Assembly (NCBI GenBank): GCA_046483305.1
Contig: JAWODM010000062.1
Span: 1 to 64,000 of the forward strand
DNA: 64,000 nt
Reading direction: 5' to 3'
From: Candidatus Krumholzibacteriales bacterium
GTDB lineage: Bacteria; Krumholzibacteriota; Krumholzibacteriia; Krumholzibacteriales; WJIX01
The position numbers were made by a program, and so were the translations under genes. The first letter of the stretch is position 1, and every line of letters starts with the position of its first letter. This document shows positions 49,467-60,351 of this stretch, piece by piece. The notes under the pieces were generated by a model. It was not told the origin of the DNA. It did no database searches and was given only the letters and a program-made list of their open reading frames with translations.

Positions 49467-52040
49467 TCAATTCTCTTCTTCAAGTTTTTGAAGTTGGACG
49501 AGTATATTAAGCGCTTCCAGCGGAGTTATCCTTTTGACATCGGTGTCCCGGATAATTCTGCGGATTTTATCTTCCGAAGGGAACAGAACGGCCTGTTTCC
49601 TGTTTTCAGCATTCACTGTTTCTCCGGAATCCAGCGGGTTTCCGGAAGAGAGAATCTCTCTGGCCCTCTCTATAACTTCCAACGGAAGCCCAGCCAGTTT
49701 TGCAACATGTATACCGTAACTCCGGTCGCTCTTTCCGTCCAGGAGCTTATACAGGAATATTATCCGGTCATTCCACTCCCTGGTGGCAACCCTCATGTTC
49801 TTGATGCGCGGGTACTTATTGGAGAGTGAGGTCAACTTGTGGTAATGGGTGGCGAATAGAGTTTTTGGATTCCTGCCCTTCTTTGAAACCAGGAATTCGG
49901 TTACCGCCTGTGCCAGTGCGAGTCCGTCGCTGGTGCTGGTCCCTCTGCCTATTTCGTCAAGGAGAACCAGGCTTTTGTAAGTGCAGTTGTGGAGGATATT
50001 CGCCGTTTCGGTCATCTCCACCAGGAAGGTACTCTGGCCCCTTGCCAGGTTGTCGCTGGATCCCACCCGGGTAAATATCCTGTCCATTGTCCCGATTTCG
50101 GCACGGGAGGCCGGAACATAGCTTCCAATATGGGCAAGGATCGAAATAAGAGCCGTCTGCCTGATAATAGTTGATTTGCCGCCCATATTAGGTCCGGTAA
50201 TGATCAGTATCTGCTGCCGCGAGGGTATAAGTTTGATATCATTCGGAATAAAGGGCTTATCCGAAATTATTTCCACTACCGGATGTCTTCCGTCCCTTAT
50301 GATCAATCTTTCGGAATCATCTATCAGCGGCCGGGTATAGTCACGCTCCAGAGCCAGGTGTGCCAGCGATGATATGAGGTCCAGGACCGCTACCGCGTCG
50401 GCTACTTCCTGAAGCCGCCTGCTGGTCTCGGCTATCCTGCTGCATATCTCCTGGTATATCTTCTTCTCGTACTCGATCCTCCTGGCCTCAGCGGAGAGAA
50501 CCTCGTTTTCCTTCTCCTTGAGGGCTCTGGTGACATATCTTCTGGAGGAGACCAGGGTCTGCTTTTCTATGTAATCTTCCGGGATCTTATCCTCATGGGT
50601 TCTTGAGACCTCTATGTAATACCCGAATACCTTGTTGAAACCGACCTTGAGGGTCGATATACCGGTTCTTTTTCTCTCGGTGTCCTGAAGCCGGGCTATC
50701 CAGGCCTTTCCCTCTTCGGCCCTCTCTATCAGAGAATCCAGGCTGCTGTCGTAACCTTTTCTGATTACTCCCCCGTCCCGGAGATTAACCGAGCAGTCCT
50801 CTCGTATTCCGGACTCGATTATCTCCATTGCCCTTACCGGTCCCCTAAGTTTCCTGCTCCTGTCAGAAATTATGCCTCTATCCGCGTTTGAAACAGCTCC
50901 GGCTATATCCTCGAGCCTGCGAAGCGCCTGCATAAGCTGGAGCAGTTCCCTGGGAAGTACCCTGGCGGTGGATATCCTTGATACGATTCTTTCAATATCC
51001 GGAAATCCCTTGAGGGATTCTCTCAGTTTCCGGAGCATGCTCTGGTCCCTGGTGAATTGAGTAACCCCGTCCAACCTTTTATTTATCAGCTCAATATCCC
51101 GGGATGGGCTTCTCAGCCATTCCCTGAGCATCCTGCCCCCCGCCGCAGTCATAGTATAATCTATGTGATTGATCAGGGGGACGTCAGGAGAATCTCCCCT
51201 TATCGGTTCGAACAGTTCCAGGTTTCTTACAGTTTCCCGGTCCAGAAACAGTTTGTCGTCAGACCTCAATATACGTATCTCGTTAATATGATTGAGTTTC
51301 TCACGCCTCAAGGATTTGACGTGATTCAGAAGCGCCCCGGCGGCGGCGACGGCCAGAGGTTTGTCTCCCAGTCCGAACCCGGCCAGGCTGTCCGTGTTGA
51401 AGTGATCGGTCAGCGATTCCTCTGCCTTCTGATAACTAAAACTGCAGGGATCGCTGTCTGAAAGTGTACATCCGGGATTACCCATGAAGATCTTCCTGCC
51501 CGCCCACTCGAAGTTGTCCGGGTAGATCGCTTCCCTTACGTTGGTTACCGAAAGAATATTTTCCATGTAATCAGCCCTGTCCTGCCCGGCCAGAAACTCG
51601 CCGGTCGAGATATCCATCAGTGCCGCCCCAACCATTCTGTCATCACCGGTCAGTGCTGCTATGTAGTTCTTCTCCTTGCTTTTAAGAGTTGAAGGAGAAA
51701 GTGATGTCCCGGGAGTAATGATATCGGTCACCTCTCTTCTCACCAGCCCCTTTGACTGGGACGCATCTTCGACCTGATCGCATATCACTACTTTTTGCCC
51801 GGCGTTAAGCAGCTTTGCTATGTAAGGATCTTTTGCGTGGATAGGCACACCGGCAAGAGGAACCGGATTCTTCTTGTCCCTGGAAGTAAGGGCGATGTTC
51901 AGAATTTCTGATACTGCCTCAGCATCTTCATAGAATGTTTCATAGAAATCCCCTACCTGGAAAAACAGTATACCGTCGCTGTACTGCTTTTTCAGTTTGT
52001 GATATTGAGCCATCAGCGGTGTTAAGTGCTTGGTAGACAT
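49467..52040 (-). CDS. mutS: DNA mismatch repair protein MutS
   Basis: TPLMAQY, GDFYE, GPNMGGKST, STFLVEM, DEIGRGT, SYGIHVA. Confidence 0.98.
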   Translation of the reverse strand: MSTKHLTPLMAQYHKLKKQYSDGILFFQVGDFYETFYEDAEAVSEILNIALTSRDKKNPVPLAGVPIHAKDPYIAKLLNAGQKVVICDQVEDASQSKGLVRREVTDIITPGTSLSPSTLKSKEKNYIAALTGDDRMVGAALMDISTGEFLAGQDRADYMENILSVTNVREAIYPDNFEWAGRKIFMGNPGCTLSDSDPCSFSYQKAEESLTDHFNTDSLAGFGLGDKPLAVAAAGALLNHVKSLRREKLNHINEIRILRSDDKLFLDRETVRNLELFEPIRGDSPDVPLINHIDYTMTAAGGRMLREWLRSPSRDIELINKRLDGVTQFTRDQSMLRKLRESLKGFPDIERIVSRISTARVLPRELLQLMQALRRLEDIAGAVSNADRGIISDRSRKLRGPVRAMEIIESGIREDCSVNLRDGGVIRKGYDSSLDSLIERAEEGKAWIARLQDTERKRTGISTLKVGFNKVFGYYIEVSRTHEDKIPEDYIEKQTLVSSRRYVTRALKEKENEVLSAEARRIEYEKKIYQEICSRIAETSRRLQEVADAVAVLDLISSLAHLALERDYTRPLIDDSERLIIRDGRHPVVEIISDKPFIPNDIKLIPSRQQILIITGPNMGGKSTIIRQTALISILAHIGSYVPASRAEIGTMDRIFTRVGSSDNLARGQSTFLVEMTETANILHNCTYKSLVLLDEIGRGTSTSDGLALAQAVTEFLVSKKGRNPKTLFATHYHKLTSLSNKYPRIKNMRVATREWNDRIIFLYKLLDGKSDRSYGIHVAKLAGLPLEVIERAREILSSGNPLDSGETVNAENRKQAVLFPSEDKIRRIIRDTDVKRITPLEALNILVQLQKLEEEN

Positions 52041-52041
52041 A

Positions 52042-53070
52042 TCAGTGAATTGTTAAAACCCTGCTCTTGTATCCGTATTTCCTCTCGGCTGTTACTGAAT
52101 CTCTCTCCGCTTTTCTTCTCTGTCCATACCGTCCGGAACGAACTCTGAATATCTCGCTTCCGGAATCGGAAAAAGCATTCTCAATCCTTGTTTCCGGGAA
52201 TATTCCGGATATTGCCCGGTAAAGTTTTTCGGCATTTGCCTTTTCCTGGAAAGCCCCGAACTGCAGGGTGAAAAAGGGATCGGTTCCGGTTGTTTCCGGT
52301 TCTCTTGTACGTTCGTTCCCCGAGTGATTCCGGCCCGCGTCAGGGCGGAGATTGCTGGTCCTGGCCTTCGCTTTGGGCGCTTCCAGGGAATGGGGATAGT
52401 TGTTGATAAGGGAGTTGTAGGCTTTTAGCGCTTTTCCGTTATCTCCCAGTATTTCGTAGCAGACGCCCAGTTTGAATATGGCCACCGGGTTTGAGTGAAT
52501 ACCTCCTATCGCTTCATATCTTTCTGCTGCGCCGGTATAATTTCCTGTCTGCATATCCAGTTCAGCCAGTTCCATATAGGCCGGGTAAAGATATTTGCCT
52601 CTGTCTATCAGCTTAAAGTCCTCACGGGCGCGGTATATTTCACCCAGCAGCTTATAACTCAATCCCCTGAAGAAAAGAGACTCCAGTCTTACCTTTGAAT
52701 CCCTGGCATCCGGGATTACCCCGAGCAGCCCCGCGGAATCCTCATAGCGTTCGGAGGCGTAATATATCTTGGCCAGTTCCAGTCTGGCAATGGATGATAC
52801 TACCCCCCCTTCAGAGACGATATCCCTGTAAATTCCGGAAGCTCTTCCGCTGTCGGTTTCCAGGCGGGCAGACAGCAGTTTTCCCCACATGAGCTCTTTC
52901 CCCTTCAATCCCGGAATCATGGCTGCCAGCTCACTTTCGGCGTCACGGTACTCCATTTCCGCAATCTTCTGCTGAATCTTCCACAGAGCGTAAGGCATGG
53001 TAACGGCGCTGTGAAGCGGAAGCATCAGAAGCACCGCCGCTGCAACTGATTTAAGCAGATATATCTTCAT
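52042..53070 (-). CDS. TPR + SPOR domain periplasmic protein
   Basis: Signal peptide, TPR repeats, FTLQFGAFQEKANA...FRVRSG SPOR motif. Confidence 0.8.
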   Translation of the reverse strand: MKIYLLKSVAAAVLLMLPLHSAVTMPYALWKIQQKIAEMEYRDAESELAAMIPGLKGKELMWGKLLSARLETDSGRASGIYRDIVSEGGVVSSIARLELAKIYYASERYEDSAGLLGVIPDARDSKVRLESLFFRGLSYKLLGEIYRAREDFKLIDRGKYLYPAYMELAELDMQTGNYTGAAERYEAIGGIHSNPVAIFKLGVCYEILGDNGKALKAYNSLINNYPHSLEAPKAKARTSNLRPDAGRNHSGNERTREPETTGTDPFFTLQFGAFQEKANAEKLYRAISGIFPETRIENAFSDSGSEIFRVRSGRYGQRRKAERDSVTAERKYGYKSRVLTIH

Positions 53071-54211
53071 AATATTCCAGAAAAGTGCCTATGCCGCCGC
53101 ATTTCACGCAGTAAGGCAAATCGAATTCAGTAACAGCCGAGCAGTTCTCGCATTTATACATGCGGGCAGGAGGGGCCCAGGCTGTGTATCTGTCCAGTGT
53201 TTCTGCTGCTTTAGTTGTATTACCCTTGTCAAGGTAGATGCCCGCCATTCTTATAATGAGTTTGTCATCCAGAACAAGCTGGTTGATTTCGCTTTCGAAA
53301 AAGCCAATCACCTTTTCAATTTCGCCCTTTCTCTCATAGAAAGAGGATATCGCCCTGAAGACCTCAGGATTACCCTTGTTTCTCTCGTAAAGATCAGTAA
53401 GTATGGTTTCAAGCCTTCCGAAATCCTGCTGTTCAAAAAGCATCTTCTCCATGTATTTGAGGGTAAGGGAAAGACAGGATATATCATTTCTGAGGAGGGC
53501 AATCCATTTCCCGATCGCTTTGTTATTATCTCCATCACGGTAATACGCCAGGCCGCAGGTGTACAGGGCCGGAGTATAATCCCGGTCCATGCTTATAGCT
53601 TTCTCGGAATACTCCGCTCCCTTCCCGTAGTTGCCTCTGTTCAGATAATCCGAAGCTACTGATGTAAGATAAGCTTTAATCAGCTCGTCTGAACGCGAAC
53701 TCTCGAGTTTGACGAATTTGCTGAGGGCCTTATGGGCTCTGTCGTATTCTCCGTTCAGGTGATAGAATCTGTGGAGGGCGAAGACTATTGACGGGTGGTT
53801 CTTCCATTTTCTGATATTTTCCAGGGTCGATATTGCCTCCTGACTTCTGTCCAGGGCCATCAAATCCCTGGAGATAGCCAGCTGGATATCTTTCTTGTTC
53901 TCTTCTGTCAGATCTCTTCTCACAGACATGCTACGGTGTATCTGAAGAGCCTTGTCAGGCTGTCCCTGGTCCCTGAGAAGGTCTCCAAGCAGTATGTAGG
54001 CCCCCACCCTTCTCTCGCCTTTTTGAACTCCCTGCTTCAGGAATACGAGGGCATTCTGTCTGTTTCCCTCTATCAGCGAATAAAGGGCTTTGATATAACC
54101 TCTCTCTTCCGGCTCTCTCTTCTTCTTTCTCTCCAGAACGATAATAAGGGCCAGAATTAACAGGGCTGCCAGAAATATTACTATTAAAATCAACCGGGTA
54201 GACATAATCAC
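53051..54211 (-). CDS. lapB: LPS assembly protein B (TPR + rubredoxin-like)
   Basis: N-terminal TM, LGDLLRDQG...ALQIH, C-terminal CENC...CVKC. Confidence 0.82.
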   Translation of the reverse strand: MIMSTRLILIVIFLAALLILALIIVLERKKKREPEERGYIKALYSLIEGNRQNALVFLKQGVQKGERRVGAYILLGDLLRDQGQPDKALQIHRSMSVRRDLTEENKKDIQLAISRDLMALDRSQEAISTLENIRKWKNHPSIVFALHRFYHLNGEYDRAHKALSKFVKLESSRSDELIKAYLTSVASDYLNRGNYGKGAEYSEKAISMDRDYTPALYTCGLAYYRDGDNNKAIGKWIALLRNDISCLSLTLKYMEKMLFEQQDFGRLETILTDLYERNKGNPEVFRAISSFYERKGEIEKVIGFFESEINQLVLDDKLIIRMAGIYLDKGNTTKAAETLDRYTAWAPPARMYKCENCSAVTEFDLPYCVKCGGIGTFLEYYEDISA

Positions 54212-54217
54212 CTTCGC

Positions 54218-54538
54218 TTAATCCCGATCTTCAATTTCTTCTCCGATACCTTCGGCGATCGGGATGTTTCGCAGTTCGGAAATCTCTTCCATCAGTTTCT
54301 CTTTCTCCTTGTTTTTCTTTACTATTCTCAGCATTAACTGAGCTTCCCGTATCCATGCCCCCACAGCCCAGATAACCATACCGGCAATAAAGGAAAAAAC
54401 AATTATTATATTGAGTTCTGCTTCAGGAAATGTATGATTGAAAAAATAGAATGTCACCTTTGTTCCGGCGTTTTTAGTCCCCAGCCATATCAGGGCAACA
54501 GAGCCTGCGAATAGTATTATTCCTCTGATAATCCACAA
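54218..54538 (-). CDS. lapA: LapA family membrane protein
   Basis: Two TM, N...V.F motif, coiled coil ending LRNIPI; upstream of lapB. Confidence 0.78.
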   Translation of the reverse strand: MWIIRGIILFAGSVALIWLGTKNAGTKVTFYFFNHTFPEAELNIIIVFSFIAGMVIWAVGAWIREAQLMLRIVKKNKEKEKLMEEISELRNIPIAEGIGEEIEDRD

Positions 54539-54542
54539 AACG

Positions 54543-55853
54543 TTACCTCCTGTATTTACCTGTAAAAGTGAAATTTTCCAGTTTATCCAGGGTTACATTC
54601 ACGATATCCCCTTCTTTCACTTCCGCCCTGTCCAGCAGAACGTTTCTGAAATGCGGAGTTCTTCCTTTGAAGTATTGATTTTCGCCTCTTTCAACCGTTC
54701 CGTCAAGAAGGATTTTGAAACTCTTGCCCAGAAGGCCCTTCAGGATATCCAGTCTTATCTCTCTTACCAGATCGTTTAATCTCGAAAGTCTCTCCTTCTT
54801 TGTTTCGGCGCTTACACTGTCGGGAAATCTCCATGAGGAAGTCCCTTCTCGCGGTGAATATTTGAACGTAAATGCTGAATCAAATCTGGATTCGCTGACC
54901 GCTTCCAGGGTTCTTTTGAAATCATCCTCCGTCTCAGATGGAAATCCAACTATAATATCTGTGGTAACTGCAAGATCGGGTAGAATCTTCCTGGCCTGTT
55001 CCAGAAGCGAAAGGTACTGCCTTGCGGTATATCCTCTTCGCATCAGTTTCAGTATGCGGTCACTTCCCGACTGAAGAGGGAGATGGATATGGGGGCATAT
55101 ACGAGGATGGTCCCTCATAAGCCTGAACAGATCAAGGGTCACATCTCTTGGATGAGAAGTGAGAAATCTTATCCTTTCCAGATCCGTGCCTTCCAGAAGC
55201 ATTTTCAGAAGCTCAGTAAAACCTTTATCCTCATACCTGTAGGCGAGAACATTCTGGCCCAGCAGGGTAATCTCTCTGCATCCGCGCCGGGCAAGCCGGC
55301 CGACTTCTTCCACTACCGCGCCGGGGTCCTTGCTGCGCAGCTTGCCCCTGAGATATGGAACAACACAATAGCTGCAGAAATTTTCGCATCCCCTGGTTAT
55401 GGAAACAAACCCTGAATACCTGCTCGGATCAAAATTTTCCGCCAGGCTGTATGTTACCATGTGATCCCTGCCCGGCAGGGTGACTCCGGAATCGCGGCTG
55501 CTGATTATATCGGCCAGCTCCGTGTAATTATCAGGGCCGCAGATAATATCTATACCCTCTACCATCTCATGCAGATCGTTCTGGAGATTCTGGGCCAGGC
55601 ATCCTATTACCGCTATCCTCTTGTCCTTCATACTGGAGAATTTATGAATCCAGTTAATCGCCCTGTCCTCGGCATGTTTTCGTATGCTGCATCCGTTAAC
55701 GATTATAATATCCGCCTCTGAAGAGTCATCCACCGTCGTGAATCCGCGTTCTTCCAGAATGGACTGAATCACCTGGCTGTCATACATGTTCATCTGGCAG
55801 CCGAAGGTTTTAAAAAAAACTTTTTCTCTTATTTTCTCCGCTTCAACTTTCAT
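54543..55853 (-). CDS. miaB: tRNA-i6A37 methylthiotransferase MiaB
   Basis: TFGCQMNMYDS, GCENFCSYCVVP, LLGQNV, TSHPRD, TRAM-like tail. Confidence 0.93.
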   Translation of the reverse strand: MKVEAEKIREKVFFKTFGCQMNMYDSQVIQSILEERGFTTVDDSSEADIIIVNGCSIRKHAEDRAINWIHKFSSMKDKRIAVIGCLAQNLQNDLHEMVEGIDIICGPDNYTELADIISSRDSGVTLPGRDHMVTYSLAENFDPSRYSGFVSITRGCENFCSYCVVPYLRGKLRSKDPGAVVEEVGRLARRGCREITLLGQNVLAYRYEDKGFTELLKMLLEGTDLERIRFLTSHPRDVTLDLFRLMRDHPRICPHIHLPLQSGSDRILKLMRRGYTARQYLSLLEQARKILPDLAVTTDIIVGFPSETEDDFKRTLEAVSESRFDSAFTFKYSPREGTSSWRFPDSVSAETKKERLSRLNDLVREIRLDILKGLLGKSFKILLDGTVERGENQYFKGRTPHFRNVLLDRAEVKEGDIVNVTLDKLENFTFTGKYRR

Positions 55854-57207
55854 TCTTCCCCGCCTCGAAATAAGGTCTTCCGCAGACTTTGCCGGTAAGC
55901 CTGCCGTTTTCGAATCTTTCCACTCTGACTGGAACCAGCTTCCTGATAAGGCGGGGTTCAGCCTTCACCGCCACGTTACAGTAATTGCCTGTTATAGCTC
56001 TGAAGAAACCCGGTTTTTCGCCGGATTCCTCCAATATTACCGCAAGCCTGTTATTCCCGGGCTGTGATTTCAGGAATTCGAGCCTTCTTTTTTTTCCCGA
56101 TTCGATGAGGGTTCTGGACCTTCTTTTCTTCTCAGCGGGGTTGATTTTTCCTCTCATTTCCGAAGCTCTGGTACCGGGACGGTCCGAATAGGAAAAAACG
56201 TGATAGTATTTAATCTGTGGCAAACTCTCCAGGAATTCGGCCGATTTTTCGAAATTCAATTTCTTTTCGCCCGGAAATCCGACTATCATGTCGGTTCCAA
56301 TGCATACATCCTTGATATTACCGGAGATCATCTCAATTTTTTCACGGTATTGAGAAGTTCTGTAACGGCGGTTCATCTTTTCCAGAATACTGTCATCGCC
56401 GCTTTGCAGTGGGATATGAAAATGAGAGGCAATCCTTTCCGTAGAGGCCGCCAGTTCTACCAATTCCAACTCAATTTCGTTCGGTTCGATGCTGCTCAAC
56501 CGTATTCGGATTCTTTCGGTCTGCTCAAGTATCATCTTCAGGAGGCCGGCCAGATCGATGTTGAACCCTTCTCCTTCCCCGTAACGCCCGATATGAATTC
56601 CGGTAAGAATTACTTCCTGGTATCCTCCACGGACGAGATTTCTTATCTGGGTTATTACACTTTCGGGGGGTATCGACCTGTTCCTTCCCCTGGCGAAAGG
56701 TATAATACAGTAACTGCAGAAGGCGTTGCAACCGTTCTGTATCTCAATGAAAGCGCGGGCGTGATTGGAAAACCTGTCGATAGGGAACCTGTCAGGCTCC
56801 CGGTAATTTCTTAATCTGGAATCCATGCTTTCGGCAACCCTGGTTCTGCCGGCGGCGAGCTCTGCTATCAGAAGATCGATCTTTCCCTTTCCGCTGTTTT
56901 CTATAATGTAATCCACCTCCTTCATCCTTTTCAGACGGTTCCCCGATATTTCTACCTGGCATCCGGTTACAATGATAACCGAATCGGGGCTCAGGCGCCT
57001 GGCTCTTCTTATGGCATTCCTGCACCTGGCATCCGTTTTTCCGGTTACAGTGCAGGTATTAATAATACAGAAATCAGTTCTATGATCCGGGGTTCTGTAT
57101 CGTAATCCTGACTTCTCGATTCTCTGCCTCATACACTCGGATTCATATTGGTTGAGCTTGCAGCCCAGTGTTCTTATCGAGAATGTTTTTTCGGATGAAA
57201 GGGACAT
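55843..57207 (-). CDS. mtaB: tRNA-t6A37 methylthiotransferase MtaB
   Basis: TLGCKLNQYES, NTCTVT, GCNAFCSYCIIP, LTGIHIG, RLSSIEP. Confidence 0.92.
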   Translation of the reverse strand: MSLSSEKTFSIRTLGCKLNQYESECMRQRIEKSGLRYRTPDHRTDFCIINTCTVTGKTDARCRNAIRRARRLSPDSVIIVTGCQVEISGNRLKRMKEVDYIIENSGKGKIDLLIAELAAGRTRVAESMDSRLRNYREPDRFPIDRFSNHARAFIEIQNGCNAFCSYCIIPFARGRNRSIPPESVITQIRNLVRGGYQEVILTGIHIGRYGEGEGFNIDLAGLLKMILEQTERIRIRLSSIEPNEIELELVELAASTERIASHFHIPLQSGDDSILEKMNRRYRTSQYREKIEMISGNIKDVCIGTDMIVGFPGEKKLNFEKSAEFLESLPQIKYYHVFSYSDRPGTRASEMRGKINPAEKKRRSRTLIESGKKRRLEFLKSQPGNNRLAVILEESGEKPGFFRAITGNYCNVAVKAEPRLIRKLVPVRVERFENGRLTGKVCGRPYFEAGKNES

Positions 57208-57289
57208 TGTTAACTAAATACGATTAATATAAATGAGGGTGGAAAATCCACCCTCATAAATGCCTCGGATAATCAGTGACGTATACTGA

Positions 57290-59332
57290 TTATTTATTTT
57301 CATCGGGGGGTTCTTCCCCTTCTGCCGGGCTTTCGTCTTCAGGTTCGCTTTCTCCGGCCTCTTCTTCGACCGGCTTCGACTCAGTTTCCGGTTCGTCCTC
57401 TCCGGCCTGGCCGCTCTCATCCTTGCCGGCTGCTGCTTCGGATTCGGCTTCTTCTGCCGGTTCCCCGGCGGTTTCATCTTCGTCCTCGTAATCACCGTAT
57501 TCATCGTCTGCGTCAGATTCCGGCAATGAAGTATCATCATCGTCATCTTTCCCTGATGAAGGATGCGCCTCTGCGAAGCTTTCCATCTCGGATCTGTCTC
57601 TTCCCTCAAAGTAGGCATTGACACTCAGAACGATTTTCTTCTTCTGAGGATCCATCTTTATTACCTCCAGGGGAAGTTCATCTCCAACTTCGAAATGATT
57701 GGCCACCTTCTTGACTCCCTCGATACCCATGTGAGAGATCGGAACGAAACCTTCCACATTGTCCTTTATTTCAACCACAGCGCCGCGGTTGAGCAACCTG
57801 GTGATATTCCCCTTTGTCTCTGTGCCTACCGAGAATTCCTCGGCCAGACTGGTCCAGGGATTTTCCTGTATCTGTTTTACGCCAAGGCTGATTCTCCGCT
57901 TTTCGCTGTCTATGTTAAGGACCACCACGTCGATTCCCTGGCCCTTCTTGAGAACTTCAGACGGATGTCTTACCCTTTTCGCCCAGGACATATCAGAGAT
58001 ATGGACAAGGCCATCAATTCCGTCTTCTATCTCCACAAAGGCTCCAAAGTTGGTAAGATTTCTGACCTTCCCCTTGAGTTTGGTGCCCGGAGAGTATTTC
58101 TTCTCCAGGGATTTCCACGGATCAGGTTCAAGCTGCTTCAGCCCCAGGGAGATCTTTTCGTTCTCCTTGTCAATGTTCAGCACTACCGCCTCCACATTGT
58201 CTCCTATTCCAACTATGTTGGAAGGGTGTTTTACGTGGCGGGTCCAGGACATCTCGGAAATATGAATCAGTCCCTCCACTCCCTTTTCCAGCTCTACAAA
58301 AGCGCCGTAATCGGTAATAGAGACGACCTTTCCCTTGATGGTTTTGCCCACCGTGTATTTCTCTTCCACATTTTCCCAGGGATAGGGAGTAAGCTGCTTG
58401 AGGCCCAGCGAAATCCTTTCACGTTCAAGGTCAAAATCCAGTATTTTAACCTTGAGTTCATCGCCGAGTGCTACTACCTCGGACGGATGGCTGATTCTGC
58501 CCCAGGTGAGATCGGTTAGATGAAGAAGTCCATCGATTCCGCCGAGGTCCACGAATGCGCCGAAGTCCGTAATATTCTTCACTACACCCTCGCGTACCTG
58601 CCCGACCTCAAGATCGGAAAGCAGATTCTCCTTCTTCTGTTTCCTGATCTCTTCGAGAACCACTCGTCTTGAAACAACGATATTTCTTCTTCTCTTGTTT
58701 ATCTTGATGATCCTGACTTCGAGTTCCTGGCCGATCAGCTCCTCCAGGTTGGGAATCTGCCTCAGTGCGACCTGAGAACCCGGCAGGAACGCGTCCACAC
58801 CCAGCAGCTTTACCATCAGGCCGCCTTTGATTCTCCGATCCACTGTGGTGGTGACGATTTCCTTGTTTTTATAGAACTCCTTGATGTCGTCCCATGCCTT
58901 GATGAAATCTGATTTGGATTTGGACAGTACTACCAGGCCGTCCTGGTTTTCCATCTTTTCCAGAAAAACGTCAAACTCATCACCCGTTTTTACTTCGCTG
59001 CAATTTTTAAACTGTCCTATCGGGATGGTGCCTTCGCTCTTGAATCCTATATCAAGAATCACCTCGTTGCCGGTTATCTTGTAGACCTTTCCCCTCACTA
59101 TCTTGCCCTCTTTAAGGTCTACCGCCTTTATCTCCTTGTCGAAATCGGGATCGTATTCCAGGATTTCTTCCTCCTGCTGCTTCTGCAGTTCTTCAGGGGA
59201 GACCTTTTCGAACATATCATCATCCTCGAGGTATCCAAGCTTCCCGCAACTTGCTCTGTTATCACCCTCTTTCCTTCCAGGATCGATAGCCCTGGTTTGT
59301 TCTTCTCCGGTCATGCTTACTTCGTTTTCCAT
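57290..59332 (-). CDS. rpsA: 30S ribosomal protein S1 with acidic terminal extensions
   Basis: Six S1 repeats (KSEG, FLPGSQ, FGAFVDLGG, GLIHISEMSW). Confidence 0.97.
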   Translation of the reverse strand: MENEVSMTGEEQTRAIDPGRKEGDNRASCGKLGYLEDDDMFEKVSPEELQKQQEEEILEYDPDFDKEIKAVDLKEGKIVRGKVYKITGNEVILDIGFKSEGTIPIGQFKNCSEVKTGDEFDVFLEKMENQDGLVVLSKSKSDFIKAWDDIKEFYKNKEIVTTTVDRRIKGGLMVKLLGVDAFLPGSQVALRQIPNLEELIGQELEVRIIKINKRRRNIVVSRRVVLEEIRKQKKENLLSDLEVGQVREGVVKNITDFGAFVDLGGIDGLLHLTDLTWGRISHPSEVVALGDELKVKILDFDLERERISLGLKQLTPYPWENVEEKYTVGKTIKGKVVSITDYGAFVELEKGVEGLIHISEMSWTRHVKHPSNIVGIGDNVEAVVLNIDKENEKISLGLKQLEPDPWKSLEKKYSPGTKLKGKVRNLTNFGAFVEIEDGIDGLVHISDMSWAKRVRHPSEVLKKGQGIDVVVLNIDSEKRRISLGVKQIQENPWTSLAEEFSVGTETKGNITRLLNRGAVVEIKDNVEGFVPISHMGIEGVKKVANHFEVGDELPLEVIKMDPQKKKIVLSVNAYFEGRDRSEMESFAEAHPSSGKDDDDDTSLPESDADDEYGDYEDEDETAGEPAEEAESEAAAGKDESGQAGEDEPETESKPVEEEAGESEPEDESPAEGEEPPDENK

Positions 59333-59487
59333 TAATACATCTCTCCTTCCATAGAATATTTGTTGTTAATGATAGATTTTTTCACTCTGCTCCGCAAGTG
59401 ATTTCTGGCTGTCCGGTTGGTATAACAGGAGGAATGTTCAGCAGAGGATATCCCGGCAATTCAATTGACGCCTGATGAATAGTCAGA

Positions 59488-60351
59488 TCAGCAGTCTCCC
59501 GATATTTCACGGAGCTTTTTCTTGACTTCGGTAAGAACCCAGTCCGGCGTGGAAGTGCCTGTGGTAAGGCCAACTCTTTTGATGCCGGTGAACCAGGATT
59601 CTTCTATTTCATCCGCCGTCTCGATATGCCTCGAAAGAATATTGTTATCCAGGCACATGTAGTGGAGCCTCTTTGTATTGGAGCTTCCCTTCCCCCCTAC
59701 CACCAGCATCAGATCGACTTTTCTCGCAATATCCATAGTGGCCTTTCGACGTTTTGCCGTGGCCTTGCATATGGTATTGAATACTTTCAGATCGGGGATT
59801 CTGTTCCTTAGTTCGGTTATTATAGCTTCTGATTCCCTGGCCGAAAAAGTGGTTTGAATTACCACTCCGGCTCTGGAGAGAGCGGGCAGACGCTGAGCCT
59901 CCATCAGTGAATTTATTATAAAAGGTTTTTCCCCCGCATGCCCGGAAAGGCCTTTCACTTCGGGGTGGTCCCGGTCGCCGATGATGATGATATCTCTGTT
60001 TTCCGCGGACAGAATCTTTACGTACTTCTGGCTGCGCTTTACGAACGGACAGGTGGTGTCGATCAGTTTGAGGCTTTTTTTCTTCACTTCATCGATTATG
60101 GATGGGTGTACTCCGTGGGCGCGTATAACGAAGGTGTCGCCTTCCCTTAGATCGGATAATTCTTTTACGTTCTCCACCCCCCTGGATCTCAACTGTTCTA
60201 TCGCCTGAGGGTTGTGGATTATATCGCCGGCCGAATATACCCGGTTACCGCTGTTCCTGTTAAGCCCCTCTTCCAGAAGGCTCATTGCTCTCTTGACGCC
60301 AAAGCAGTATCCGGTGTAGGGAGATACCAGAATTTCAATCTTACGTTCCAT
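59488..60351 (-). CDS. ispH: 4-hydroxy-3-methylbut-2-enyl diphosphate reductase
   Basis: GYCFGVKRA, IIHN, RAHGV, TCPFV, HPEV, QTT, TIC, SSNT. Confidence 0.96.
   Translation of the reverse strand: MERKIEILVSPYTGYCFGVKRAMSLLEEGLNRNSGNRVYSAGDIIHNPQAIEQLRSRGVENVKELSDLREGDTFVIRAHGVHPSIIDEVKKKSLKLIDTTCPFVKRSQKYVKILSAENRDIIIIGDRDHPEVKGLSGHAGEKPFIINSLMEAQRLPALSRAGVVIQTTFSARESEAIITELRNRIPDLKVFNTICKATAKRRKATMDIARKVDLMLVVGGKGSSNTKRLHYMCLDNNILSRHIETADEIEESWFTGIKRVGLTTGTSTPDWVLTEVKKKLREISGDC

Noticed and set aside
57563..58519. Long antisense ORFs (318 aa here; also 7334-8074, 14102-14815, 29876-30475, 56200-56814)
   Set aside because: They are shadows of well-supported genes on the opposite strand, with no recognisable motifs
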